Source: Camelus ferus | Taxonomy: Eukaryota | DNA length: 64,000 bases | NCBI RefSeq assembly: GCF_009834535.1 | Contig: NC_045697.1 | Span: 56,980,001 to 57,044,000 of the forward strand | Direction: 5' to 3' | Part shown: piece after piece, positions 46,858 to 60,565 of the stretch | Layout: every line of letters begins with the position of its first letter | Position numbering within the stretch: position 1 is the stretch's first letter | Position numbers and translations under genes: made by a program | The notes under the pieces: model-generated | What the model was told of the DNA's origin: nothing | Seen by the model: only the letters and a program-made list of their open reading frames with translations | Databases searched by the model: none

Positions 46858-49800
46858 GCAAGCCAGTTACACTGGTATTCAGGTCTCTCCATAATCAGGC
46901 CATAACCTATCCAATACCTGCTCAGCCAGAACAATCATTTATATTTCCTCAGTCACAATATACTATCTCTAGTATGTCTGCTTTCATTCATGCATTGTCC
47001 CGCTTATACTCATCTCTACACTTAATCTCATCCCAACTTTTTTAATACTCAAGCAAGACCCAGCTCAAGGTTATAGTCTCCAGAAATTCTTTTCCAAATC
47101 TTTCCTCCTCCAGTAAGTTTTATATTTTCCTTCTCTCTTTCCCTAATACCATGTGCACACCTATTTCTCTGCTTTATAGATAAACTCATGGAACTAAAGT
47201 TAAGACTTCAAATCATGTTCTCATATATATTAAATATGTGATATTTGATAAGACCAGGATTTTTAAGTCTCAGTAAAATGACGACAGATACAACAGACTA
47301 AATAACTTTGGCAAAGACATTGTAAATATAGTCCAAATAAGAACTAGAGAACATAAGTGATTAAATAATTTCCTGGGATCAAAATAACTGTTTATAACTT
47401 AGTTTCTCTTTCTGTAAGATACAGACATTTACTCAAATAAGTTTATCTTATAACTATTTTGCAGACCTCAAAAGACTGTGGTTTTTATATAAAGCTACTG
47501 TAAAATATTATATACTATAGGAAAATGATTTTGAAATTTAAACACTAAATCTGATTTATACTGGTGTTTATTATTAAATATTAAAACTGTACTTAGCATT
47601 TACTAACGTTAGATTCTAAATACTATAAGAATAATAATCTGGAAGTTATAAAGTAGTAAATAGGTCCCAACTGTCCTGAAATTAATTACAGGGTATAAGA
47701 AAAAAAGAAGGAATGCAATCATTGCAGATTTAAAAAATATTATTTTATCATTATTTACCAGTCAAGAAAAAGCATATCACAAATTCTGTGTAGGATTCAA
47801 GGAGGAAAAAGATATTAGAATCTGTGAATTTTTCATTTAGAAAAACTGTCCAAACTACATAATTCATAAGCACCATCAATAGGCATATCATGTGTATTCA
47901 ATGACATTCTATGTTGGTACAACTGCAACTGTGCAATTTCACTTTGGCTTTTTGTTTAATGAATTAAAAGTTATTTTACACACCTATAATCTATGTTATT
48001 CTCATACAACTTGCCTGATTTCTATAGACTATCCTGCTAAGCTGGTATTTATTTCTGTGCTGGAGATTGAGAACCCAGTACCTGAAGTCATCCCACAACA
48101 GCAGATGATCTTGGATTAAAATCTACCTTGTCTTCCTGCACAATTTAAGCCCTTGTATCAGTGGGAACATGTCCATATTTTTCACCAGTGTATCCTTTGT
48201 TGGTCTAGAAAAATCTTCTGTTTTTGATTCATTTGTGTACTTTCATCATTTGAATACATATAACTCCCTAAATAAAGTAACTTCATTACTATCTAACCAA
48301 GTTTCATTATGAGAAAAAAACATAAAAGCAAATTACTCCTTTAGTTATTTTACTATTTAACATATTTTGTTTTAAATAGCTGTTTCTTCCTGCTAACTGA
48401 TTCTCCACACCTGTGATTAATTAGAGGAGAATAGGTACACATATACTTTTAAATGTTAAGGCCCTGATTATAATTACTTGTCACTATTTATTAAGCACTT
48501 ACAACTTAATTAACATGTGGATGTAAGGTTAATTTAAGTGTGCATGAAAATAATGCTCTGCCTTCTGGTAGTACCAGCTTCTAAGCCAACTGAACAGAAC
48601 TGTATGGGACCAAATTTTAATATTCAAAATGTGCCTTGAAGGTATTTGTCTAATCTGACTCTAATAAGCTTTCATCTCCATTACAATTAACTGCGTGTCT
48701 GTTTGTAAGCATGCATGCATGTCTGTTTGCCCCAAAAGAGGCAAAACCATAAAGTTATGAAATCATCTTTAAAGATGAACTGAATTAACAACTTCTTTAT
48801 AAAACTTTCCATAATCTGCCCTTTCTTTTCCTCTTCTCTTCTGGAAGGTTCTGGTTATTGTTTCTTTTGGGCCCCCAAATATGCTTACTATACTCTATTA
48901 TACTCAAATATGCTATATTATACCAGGCTATATACCATATATCATATTATATGTACTTCATATCTTCCTGCATTAATAGATAATACACTCTTTGCATTTC
49001 TTGAAGACAAGAATCATGCTTTAATCATCCTTGTATCTACAGTGATGAGTAATGATTCAAGAATTCTACAGGGGCTTAATCTATAGATGAATCTCAATTT
49101 TAGGGCTTTTCCTTCTCTTTTAGTTAGAAGTATTAAATCTAGAGTTGTTAATGTAAAATCAGTTTTTGTTCTACAATGGTATAACTCAGATGTTATTTTT
49201 TTCTGGCAACTGCTACATGGCAAAAGTCCAGTTTTAAAAGACTGACAAACTGGAGTACAATTTAGTAAGTATTTAGAGAAAATGGTCACTTTTGTCTATT
49301 TCAAGTCAATCCATGTAAGAACACTACATCTGGACCCATGCAACAGGCTACTGCGAAATGCAAAGCAAACAAGCAGTTTGATGTTCTGAGAATTATAATA
49401 TATAGCATGTGAGGAAAAAAAGTCTTAAAAATTTGACATTGCTAGAGTGAGTATAGTGGATGATCATATTTCTTCTACATTATTATTTGTGGATAATGCA
49501 TTATAAACCATGATGACAACAAGTTTGCCCCTGAGTAGCACTGAGAATGTTCTTTTTCAGAAATATTTTGAAAATGTAAATAGTTTTATTTGTCAGAGCA
49601 TTCAAATGTCTTGTTGACATATACAATCTATAGACAATGATACAGGGAAAAATTACAGCACCAAAAGAAAGTAGACAAAGGAGAACAGTCATTTGTGGAT
49701 GTTTTGATGGATTAAATAAAATAATAGGCTGGGAAAACACTAGGCAGATTGCTATAACTTGCCAAAATACTAATACATGTTTGTGGTATTGAATGAAAAA

Positions 49801-50274
49801 GCTAGACAGCATTAACTACAAATTAAAGTTCAATAGAGTTGCCAACTAAACATTTACCTTCAGAAATCAGAGATGTAGAATTAAAAGGTTAAATGAATCT
49901 ATGGCTGTTTCTAGTCTACTGGTGATTAAAATATATTTCATTTTTTGCAGATTTGGATTATGTATTTTTCTGAGCATTCTTAACTCTTCCATTTGGAAGA
50001 CACAGAAGTGTTAGTTGATCATTTTTTTCTCCCAAAGGATGATGTTGGAAGAGAAAATTAGAATTTACACATTGCTTTATTGGCAAAATGTGTGCACTAG
50101 AAAATACATAGTCCCAGATTGGTTCTACCGAATCACACAGTTTCTCTGAAGTGAAGGAAGACTATTTTAAAAATTAAGAGAGCATTTATAAGAGATAAAT
50201 GGAATGTGTTTAGTCTTATGACTTATCAAAGAAATGTATTTGAAAAGGCAGCACCATTTAATATAAATGTAATT

Positions 50275-51175
50275 CAAAAATATGATGAAAAACCTGAATA
50301 TGAACATCCAAGTTCAATGAGCTCCATGTAGGATGACTTCAGAGAGGCTCATACCACAACATATTATCAAATTGTGGAGAGACAAAGAATCTTGAAAGCA
50401 GCAAGCGAGAAGTGAATCATCACATACAATGGATCCTCAATAATATTATCAGTAGATTTCATACCAGATATTTTGAAAGTCAGAAGGCAGTGGGTGATCA
50501 ATTTAAAGTGCTACAAGAAAAACTTCTAAGAAAGAATCTTATATCTAATAAAACTGTCCTTCAAAAATGAGGGAGAAATTAAAACATTCCCAGATAAACA
50601 GAAGCTAAGAAAGTTTGTCACCACTAGGCTTGTTCTGAAATTCTAAAGGGATTCCCAAAGTTGTGATAAAAGGACACAGACAGTAACTAGAAAGCCATAT
50701 GAAGAAATAAAAATTTCAGTAAAGGTAAATACATGAGCAATTATAAAAGCTAGCATGATTGTTACAATGGTCTTTAACTCCATTTTTTGTTTTCTACATG
50801 ATTAGAGTGACTAATACATAATAAAATTATTAGTCTAAAAGCCAGTATTATTGTAACTTTGCATTGCAACTCCTTGTTTTGTTTTCTAAATAATTCAAGA
50901 GACTAATGCATTAAAATTATTACTTTATGATTTTGGACACACAATGTACAAAGATGAAATTCTGTAACATCAGTAAGTGAAGTGAGGACATAGCTGTAAA
51001 TGAGTAGAGTTTTTGTATGTTATTGAAATTAACTGGTATGAATTCATATTAGATTGTTATAATGTTAGGATGCTAAATGTAATCTCCATGGTAACCAAAA
51101 AAAATTAGGTATAGGAAAATGAGAAGGGAATTAAAATGTTTCACTAGAAAAAATTGGCTGAACACAAAAAAAGTT
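50275..51175 (+). mobile_element. Old L1 ORF1 C-terminus/inter-ORF remnant (L1M4/L1MD-type)
   Basis: gaatcttgaaagcagcaag...aaactgtccttcaaaaatgagggagaaattaaaacattcccagataaac. Confidence 0.85.
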
Positions 51176-51619
51176 ACACATAATACATCTTTGAAAATGA
51201 GATTCTGTATGCTCAAAGCTTACATTTATGAGTAGTTTCTAGTCCTATTTAATTCTAAGATAATTTTACCAAAAGAATTTTTTTATATATATATTTCCAC
51301 TTTTGGGGTAATTTTCTAAATCCTCTAAAGATATCTTAACATACCTGGGACTTCCAAGGTTTTTCAACATTTTGTGGAACCTGAATATTTAATTTATAAA
51401 GATGTTTGTCCTTCAAATTTGATTTTTATTTGGAGAAGTAAGGGTAGGCTTGCCAAGAAGAAAGGAATTTGAGAATGAATGAAAACTCACTTTAAAATTT
51501 TTCTTATTATAATTTAGCAGTAACTTTTGCCTTCCTCAAACATGCTCAGTTGCAGAAGAGCTTTGATTTACACCTTCCAAGTTGATGCCTAAGTGGGATT
51601 TTAAGTGCCCTCATCCTTA

Positions 51620-51785
51620 CCAGCACATGGAACTTTTAAACTTATTTTCAATTTTTTACTTATAAAATGGGAATTAAGACACCAAATTTATGGTAAAATG
51701 TTAGATTAAATGAAATACTGCAGAACATATGCATAATACACCTGCCACCCAACAGGCATGCAATAATACTAGTTACTTTTCCATT
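51620..51785 (+). mobile_element. MIR fragment
   Basis: tataaaatgggaattaa...gattaaatgaaata...caataatactagttact. Confidence 0.55.
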
Positions 51786-52004
51786 CATCCCCACTCAAAT
51801 CTGACAATGTGTAAATATCCAGAGCCTTAGCTCAGTAAGTTTCAGTCTCTTCCCTTAACCTCCACATTCTGTCTCTAAATCACATGATGGACATCATCTT
51901 TATTCATGCTTTATATTCACTTTATTAAGGTCTTGAAATCTGGCCAGAATGTACAGCCTAGCTGGTGTTATGGAAAGTATTTATTGAACTCATAGTGCTT
52001 GGGA

Positions 52005-52208
52005 CCTTCCTTCAATTCACCCACTTCCCAATGATAACTACTAGTTTGTTCTCTGTATCTGTGAGTCTGCTTCTTTTTTGTTATATTCACTAGTTTGTTG
52101 TATTTTTTAGATTCCACGTGTAAATGAAACCACACAGTATTTGCCTTCCTGACTTATTTCACCTAGCATAATGCCCTCCATGTCCATCCATGTTGCTGCA
52201 AATGGCAA
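52005..52208 (-). mobile_element. L1 3' UTR fragment
   Basis: tagtttgttctctgtatctgtgagtctg...tagattccac...tgacttatttcac..agcataatgccctc...gttgctgcaaatggcaa. Confidence 0.85.
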
Positions 52209-54979
52209 TGATAGGGGTAACGTTTTCAATAGCATCCTTGAACTTACTTTCATTGCACTGTAGCTGAATATGAAAAATTATCTGCACCATTTCACTGAAA
52301 TAGGAGGGGTAAGTTCTTTCAGTATGAATCATATATGCAAAAAAAATGAACTTCCATAATTAAAATATCTACACATTTCTATATCGAATATGCAGTCAAG
52401 GATTTCAATAGTTAAAAAATAAGAGAGCCTGTGTTCTTCCTTTTCAGCACACTGCCTCAGTTTAGAAGCATTCACACATTTCAATTAAGAAGACTCATAT
52501 CTTCTATACACCTCTACTAGAGCCTATTTTCCTCTTGTTCTATGCAATGAAGAGTGGATCATCCCACCAATTATAATATTTAACAAGTGTTGTTCTTAGG
52601 TCAATCCAATAAGCCTGGAGGAATATAGATAGATTGTCTGCTTCATTAGCACTGTACCTAAGTGTGTTCATTGCAGACCACTATTGAGTCAAGTACACAG
52701 GTCCAGGTTCTGCTCAATTAAATTTACCTGGTAGCTGAAGTGAAAATATCTGAGTAGCTGATGGCTAAAATTGACCTTAGGTGTTTAATAGCTTGATTCC
52801 TTTGAGAGGAAATCACAAATACTCATTACATCCCTTTCAATCCATTATCCTGATCAATGTAGTATTGTTTTCATGGTTCATTTGCTAGATTTGTCTTAAA
52901 ACTGAAATCACAACAGTTTCAAGCTGAAAGATCTTACAAATGATAAGACTAAATATACAGGAAGGTTAAATGTCTTTATTTTAATTCACTCTTCTGAAAC
53001 TGAATTCTACTTTATTTTCAACTTGAATGTTATATAAGGATAATTAGAAATATGCCCTATGTGCTAGCTCTCTTCTAGCCTAGCCCACACCAGTTTGCTA
53101 GACTGAATGTGCTCCAAAGGCTTGATTTTGTAGTTTAAAAATACACTGAAGGAGAAACCCATCTAAACAATAAAATCAAACAGCAAACAAAAACTTGTTT
53201 GGGACTTTACAAATGGCAAATGGCATACAGCAGGAAAACATTTGGTGTCCTGGCACAGACCCAACTTTGATTACATCACAGACCTGAAAAGAAGTTCTTA
53301 TAGCTGTCCTGTATCACAGGGCCACACGTCATTATTAGAAGCACAGTGAAAGAGTCTGGTTTATAATAAATTTGTCATATAATGTTAGTTATTGATTGAT
53401 TTCAGCAAAAGTCACTGATTCTGCTATCATTTCTTTTAAATCTTATGCAATATCTTTTTGAATGTGATATGAAAATCATCTTTAAGGTTAATTTAAAGGC
53501 TTTAAATCCAGAAACACAATTATTTTTAGACTCTAAGTTTCCACAATCAAGTTAAAATATATGTTGTAGTTTTGTTATTATGTGAAGAAAATGGGGGGGT
53601 GAGTTATATTTTTGATCCTAATGTTGTAGCAATCATTTTCCTCTTAATGATCATTTCGCTTCCATTTTTTTAACCTACTAATATCTATGACTTCTTTTCC
53701 ACCAGAAAAAAGAAATCTCAGGCAGAAGGTTGCATACAATTTCTGGGGATTTAAGTATGCTAAAATACACCCATTTATCTCAGTTAAAAATATTTGCCTG
53801 AATTAATTATTAAATTCAAAGATTAAAAATATCATTATTAGGAAGAAGGATGACATTAAATTTAAATGCCTAAAATTTAAGTTCAGTGTAAATGAACAAT
53901 CAACTGCTGAAGTTAACTGATAATGCTTTAACATTTTTAATAATGCCATGTCAAATGGAGGGAAAAAACAAATCCTATTAACCAGTCACTGTTCAAAGTC
54001 AAAACATAGTGATATAACTATTCAATAGTATTTGAACTCCTGTGTATAATTAAGAATAGATTTTGTAACTTGGAATGTAATTCTTCTCTCAGAGAAGTAC
54101 ATCGTATTACTCAAAATTCACATTAGTAATATTTGCAGACGAATATTTTATTGTTTGGCAAAATAATGTGTGTGGATTTAAGTCAACTAACGATTTACTT
54201 TGAGAAGTTCAGTTATGGTATAAGAAAGGAACAGCTGGCAATCAGCAGTGTTTACTGTGACTTTAACAGACAACAGCAGCTACAGAATGTGGAGTCTTAA
54301 TGGAGAGGCTCCAAAGCTGCCTGTGGATAGAATTACAAACGTTTCAGGAATGTCAAACTAATTTGTTTTCTTTGAAGGGTAACCAAATAAATCTGAGATT
54401 TCATTGCCTAAAAGAGGTAAAGTCCTCAAGATGTGAATGTTAAATTCTTCAGGCTCTTTGAACCACTGTTGCATTTATTCTTTCTATTTTTTACTCTTTA
54501 AGGGTGCTATTATTAGCATGGAGCAAAGGGAATAAATCCTCACATGTGCTTGACAAGCTGAAGTTCAGTACTGTGGGTACCATCAATTTGAATTTCATGT
54601 ACAACTGTTTCCCTTCACATTTAACCACAGAGGGATCCCACACATTTATCAGGTTTCCATAACAAATATGGGAGGATACTTGGAGCACATAATGAGCTAA
54701 TTCACAAGAGATTGTGAGACCCTACGTCTACATAATTTGTCAATTGATATGTGGAATTAGACTTTCATTGGAAATGGGCTGAGCATTTCAAAAGCTAAAG
54801 TGTAATATCTAAGATAGTGTCGGAAGGAAGATGCATGTGGGATAGGAATTAGGAAGTCATGAATGGTTAAGGCAGGAATGTGTAATAAAATGTTTTCTAT
54901 GTTTTAATTAAGTAGTCGCCAAAGTAGAATAATTCTCAGATTCTTCTAGTTTTACCTGTTTCAACATGATTCCACAGAC

Positions 54980-55194
54980 CATGTTTGGCAAACTATGGTC
55001 CATGGACTAATTCCAGACTTTTAACAGGTTTGTTTGTTTGTTTGTGTAAATAAAGCTTTATTGGAACACAGCAGCGATCATTTATCTATGTATTGTTACT
55101 GAAGTGTTGAGTAGTTGCAACAGCGACAATAAGGCCTACAAACACTGAAATATTCCTTATCTGACCCTTCACAAAAATGTTTGCCAACCTCATT
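54980..55194 (+). mobile_element. MER58A-type hAT-Charlie element
   Basis: ttggcaaactatggtcca...gtaaataaagctttattggaacacagc...gttgagtagttgcaacag...tttgccaacc. Confidence 0.85.
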
Positions 55195-55429
55195 CTAGAT
55201 ATATGAAAATTTTTGAAGTTTAGTTATATTGTTTGCTTTGCATATTTTTTATGTTCAAGATCTCTTATCCAATGAAGTAGCCTCTTACATATGCTAGAGA
55301 GTTAAAAATGGGTTGATATTTACCATAAACATTTTAACATAGTAAGTGATAAACTCCTAGTTGTATTTATTCAGTAATTAATTAGGACAGAACTATTAAA
55401 AATGTTATGGGGCTAAGAGTTCATTACAG

Positions 55430-55922
55430 AAATTAGGAATCACACAAATGTGAATGGAATTGGCTAGTGAAATAAGAAAGATGAGAATTGGAAGATAAGG
55501 TACAATCACGGTCAAAACAGCCTGAGTCCCTGAAGCAGCTTGGTAGATTTGAGCTTTAAGGGAAATGCAGGAGGTGTGCATGTCTAGCTGTCAAAGTGAA
55601 ACTGTAAAGGGAAATCTAGTCTAGAGATCTGTGGAATTTGCTATTTTTGAAGCAAATGAAGTGAAGGGTTTGGCAGTTGACTTGAGTCCACTATTGGCTG
55701 CTGGGGCAAATAGTCTGAAAGACTGCCTAGATACTGTGGTCCCTCTGGACACCTCTATGTCTATCTCTGACCTGCTCCTGACATCTTTGGAAAGTAATGG
55801 CTTCTTCTTTGTTTCCAACTCTGAATTCTTATCTACTTTCCTGTTTTGGTCAACTCTAACTTAGAAATGTATATGAAAGAAGAATATTGAAAATATAATT
55901 TCCAGTTTTAGCTAAGTTGACA
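55430..55922 (-). mobile_element. Ancient LTR remnant (LTR78/79-like, family uncertain)
   Basis: Terminal motif gaaaatataatttccagttttagctaagttgaca. Confidence 0.4.
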
Positions 55923-56452
55923 ACTATTTATCATGCTCACAGATTCTGTGAGCCAGAAATTTGGACAGGGCACAGCAGGGAAGATTGTCTCTGCTCCATT
56001 TGGCATCTCCTATTGCCTTGAAGGCCAAGAGATGAAGTCATCTCAAAGTGTATTTACTTACAAGTGTGGTAATTGGTTCTGGGAAAACTCAAATAGCTAA
56101 GGGCCAGTACAGCTGAAGTTCCTTGGGCATGTTTATTTTATGTGACCTCTACATGTGGTTTCTTTAGCATAGAGGCTTCAGAGTATTTGGACTTTTTACA
56201 CGTCCACTCATGTCTCCCACGGCACTTTCCAGAAGGCAGTCCAAGTCAGGTGGAAGCTATATGCTTCTGATGACCAAGCCTCAGAACTGACTTAGCATCA
56301 TTCTGATATATTCTACTTAAATGAATAGTCACAAATTTCCGCTGAGATTCAAGGGAGTAAATGAAGACCACACCTTTGTTGGGAGGAGAGTCAGTCACAT
56401 TGCTGGAAGAGCACATATTCTTCAACAAGATTTAGAAACTAAAATCTGTCAC
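55923..56452 (-). mobile_element. MaLR LTR (MLT1F/G-like)
   Basis: tcatgctcacagattctgtgagccagaaatttggacagggcacagcaggg...gattcaagggag. Confidence 0.8.
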
Positions 56453-56984
56453 ATTTTAAAATTTTGTCATTCTTTTTGTAACTGCCTAGAAGTAAATTTA
56501 AAAATACATTTTTAGTGTTTCTAATTTTTTGATTCTAGCACGCAAGATTATATATTTTTCTCATGGAAGAGCTCAAATTATTTTAAAACTTGATTGTTTC
56601 TTTTTTGAATCATGAGATATTTACAAATATAAATATTCAGAACTGTGGTTTTTTCATAGCATAGCTTATAGTATTTTAAAATTTGCAGTATTTTCTTTAA
56701 CTCATGCATTATTTACAATTGTGTTTATAAGTTTCTAAATGCAAAATCATATTTTAAATTTATCTTTCTTTATTATTAATATCTGCCCAAGATTCTTATG
56801 ATCAGTGCATGTTATTCAATGATGTCAATCATTTAAATTTATAAACTTTCTTAAATGATCCAGTTTGCTTTAAAATTATATAAAGATATTTTGTATGCTA
56901 AAAGAGTATGTATTCTTCAGTTGTTCTTATTTTTTAAAACATAGACATATTAGATCAATTATGTTAATCATGCTGTTTAAACTT

Positions 56985-58235
56985 AGTCACTAAAGAAATG
57001 TTTACTGGTACCTTCTATATCCTGAGCCTTGGTCTTATGCTTGGGAAATGTGAATAAAGAAAACAAACAAAAATCCCAGCTCCCAATTCCTTGAATTCTA
57101 TAAATACAGGTAAGAAATTATCAACATACTAACTAACTAACTAACTAAATAGAAATTAGAGATGATAAATTACATGAGGGAAAAAATGAAGTAATGGGTA
57201 TCATTAACATTGTACAACATTTGCAACACTTTATAACGTAATTAAGGTTTGCCTCACTGAAAAGCAACATTTCCATGTCATAGATATAAAAGAATGAGCT
57301 AAACAAATATTCTTTCTAGTCAGAGAAAACAGTACAAATCCCCTTATCTAGAAGTATCCCAGTCCATTTTGAGAAATAGCAAACATGACCTTGTGGTTGG
57401 AATGAGGTAATCAAGTGAGTGAGAGTAATAGCAGATGAAGTCAGAGAAGATACATGGAGCTAGAGCATGTAGTAAGACTTTGGCCTTTACTCATATGAAA
57501 TGGTGAGTAATGACATGCTCTTCTTTCTGTTTTAATGGAATTATCTGCTCTTTTGCGAATGGACGTGGTGAAAAGAGGCAATTATGAGGCAAGCACAGAA
57601 ATCATGGAAGAAATGATGGTGACTAGAACAAGGGTCCTAGAAATAGAGACTGAGACAAGTGCCCATATTCTGAACATATTTTGAAAACAGAGCTCATAGA
57701 ATATTCTGGTAGATATGACTGATTATGAGAGAAAAAGGAAGAGTAATAAAAGAGGATCTAATTCTTTTTCTGATTTGGCCAACTGGAAGGTTGATACTAT
57801 AATAAACTAAGTAAGAAGGATTGCAGTATAGAATGTTTTAGAAAATACCAGTGGCTCAGTATTAGATATTGTAAGAAAATTAGACTTCCAAATGAAGATA
57901 TTGAATGGGACAAATCTGGAGTTAAGAAGAGAGGTACAGTCAAATGATACACAACTGTGAATTGTATTTTACAGCAAGAGACCAAATGTGTTCACCAAAA
58001 TAATGTTTGTAAAGAAAAGAGAAAAGAAAACTTCTAATTCTGGAACACTCCAATGATTGTCAACAACATGAGATGATTCAACAAAGAAAATTAAGAAGGA
58101 CTTGGAAAAATAAAAGAAAGACAGAAAGCATGCAGTTTCTCAAAAGCCAAGTTAAAAATAATTATATCAACCAGGAGTGTATGTCAAAGTTAAATGACAC
58201 TTATAGGTAAAGCAAGATTAATAATGAGAGTAATG
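56985..58235 (-). mobile_element. L2 element, about 1.2 kb
   Basis: aaatgtttactgg..cttctatatcc...gaaatgatggtgactagaacaagg...agtattagatattgtaag. Confidence 0.75.
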
Positions 58236-58239
58236 AGTA

Positions 58240-60200
58240 ATGCTGTATGTTTTCCATGTAAGCACACTTCCAATCTCCTATAGGTGGATGACAAAGTTGT
58301 TTTCATTTTTTTATTAAAAAAAAGCATCTGTGAACATTTTTGTATAAAGCTATTATCGAATACATTTTATATTTTCTTGTGTAACTATCTGAAATTGGAA
58401 TTGCTGGGTCATAGGGCAAGTTTTGTAAGAAATGTTTAAAGTGTTTAAATATATAGTGTTATAAGAAATGGTTAAATTTCTTTCTAAAGATATGCTAATT
58501 TTTATACATCCACAAACAAGTTTTAAATTTCTAGTTACTTCACATCCTCATCACTTTCGTAATTTTGTTGAGTGTAAGGTAGTACTCCATTGCAGTCTTA
58601 CTTTACATTGCATGATGTCTAATCATGTTGAATAATATTGCATGTGCTTTTTAGGCATTTGTATCTTCTTTGATGAAGTATCTTTTAAAATGTTGCTTAT
58701 TATTTAATTGGGTTGTTTCTTTTGATATTATTGACTTACATGTATTCTAAGTGTATAGTGTAAATCAGTATAACTATGTACTGTAACTCTTTGTCAAATA
58801 TATTCTCTATAAATAATTTTATTCCAGTATGTGGCTTGCTGTTTAAAATTTATTAAATTGTATAGTTTGGTGAGCCAGAAAGTTTTAATTTTTATGAAGT
58901 CTAATTTATCATTTAAAACAAAATAATAACATGATTATTTCCTTCCTTTATCTCTCTAGGAAAATATTATATATATCCAAATCTCCAGGATTTTATGTTT
59001 TATTTTAAAAGCTTTATGGTTAATGTATAATTAAAATAATCTCAAATTAGTTTTTGTATATAGTATAAGACAGGGTCAAAGTTTTATTTTGTTTTGTTTT
59101 ATTCTTTGTGGGCATCCAATTTTGCCAGCACAGTTGCTAAAAAGGCATTTTTCTCCATAGGATGGATTTGGTGCCTTTGTTAAAAATCAGATGGTCATAA
59201 AAGTAAGAATCTGTTTCTGAGCTCCCTATTCTTTATTAATCTATTTATCAATGTTTATGCCAATACAACTCTGTCTTGATTAATAAAGTTTTAATATAGA
59301 ATTTGAAGTTAGGTAATAAAAGTCTTCTAAGTTTGTCTTGGTACTGTTTCTTTGATCATTACAACCATGCCCCTCTTTATCTCAGGAAATACTTTTTGGG
59401 TTAAGATTTATCTGATATTAATATAGCCACCCCATTCCTCTTATTCTTTTGGCTTATATGATATATCATTTTCCTTCTATTTATTTTCAAACCATCTGAG
59501 TTTTTTATACTTAAAGGGTATATATCATATACAGCATATAGTTGAAACTTGCTTTCATTCCCATTTTGACAATCTTAATTTCATTAGCATTAAGTGTAAT
59601 TATTGACATAGTTACATTTACATCTACCATTTTTAAATTTCCTTTGTCTATCCCTTTTTTTCTGTTTCTCTGTTCCTCCTTTTCTACCTCTTTTATGATT
59701 ATTACTAATACATTTTAGAGTTTCTTTTTAGTTTGGTTTTTTTTTTTTTAGCTATAGCTATTTGCTGCTTCTTCCCTTCCCCTCTGTCCTTGCTCCTCCT
59801 TCTTCCTTCTTCTTTCTCTCCTTCTTCTCCTTTTCAGTGCAGGGATTTCAATATGCATCCTTAACTTTCCATAATGTATTTATAGTTACATCTTTCTACT
59901 GTATATGAGATATAGGTACCCTGCCATTCTACAGAACTATTTTCCAATCTCACTGCCCTTTATGCCACCTATATCATACATATTACATCCATATGTGTAT
60001 TATGCAATTAAATTTGCTTTGAGAGGATATATGAATGCTATTGGAACTAAGAGGGGAAAAAAATTTTGTATTTACCAAATACATGTTGTATCTTATGCTC
60101 TTCATTCATTCCAGGAAATTCAATTTTCCCTCAGGTATGATTTCCTTTCATCTAAAGAATGTCTTCAGCATTTATTTTTCAAAATATACACACTCATTTT
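58240..60200 (-). mobile_element. Old L1 fragments (3' UTR/ORF2 end, then a 5'-region segment from about 59340)
   Basis: ggaattgctgggtcatagg...aagttttaatttttatgaagtctaatttatc...tctgatattaatatagccac. Confidence 0.8.
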
Positions 60201-60379
60201 TGAGAGGTTGTCTTTACCTGAGTTCTGTCTTCTGTTCTAAGGCCAAGGGACTGCAAAATATCAGAGTTTTATCTGCCCCACACAGTGCTGTAGCTGAGAT
60301 CTAACTTCAGGGTAGAAATCAAAGGAAAGTAGAAATTCACGCTATATCAACCCTGTCTTCAAGTATTTTTTAATATATG

Positions 60380-60565
60380 TATAACAGTTTTATTGAGATA
60401 TACTGGAATTTATAATCCATAATGCTCACCTTTTTAAAGTATACAATTCAGTGATTTCCAGTATATTCAGAGTTGTGCAAACATCACTACCATCAAAGTT
60501 TAGAATATTTTCATCATTCCAAAGAGAACCCCTATACCCATTCACTCCTTCTTCACCCACACCTC
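60380..60565 (-). mobile_element. L1MB-type 3' end
   Basis: acagttttattgagata...aaagtatacaattcagtga...gagttgtgcaaacatcac. Confidence 0.85.

Noticed and set aside
49938..49965. ttttttgcag|ATTTG resembling the exon 9 acceptor
   Set aside because: Similarity is about 13 nt and no TECRL-like peptide follows.
55621..55864. Overlapping ORFs on both strands with protein-like composition
   Set aside because: They lie in a probable old LTR remnant, and I see no splice context or recognisable domain.
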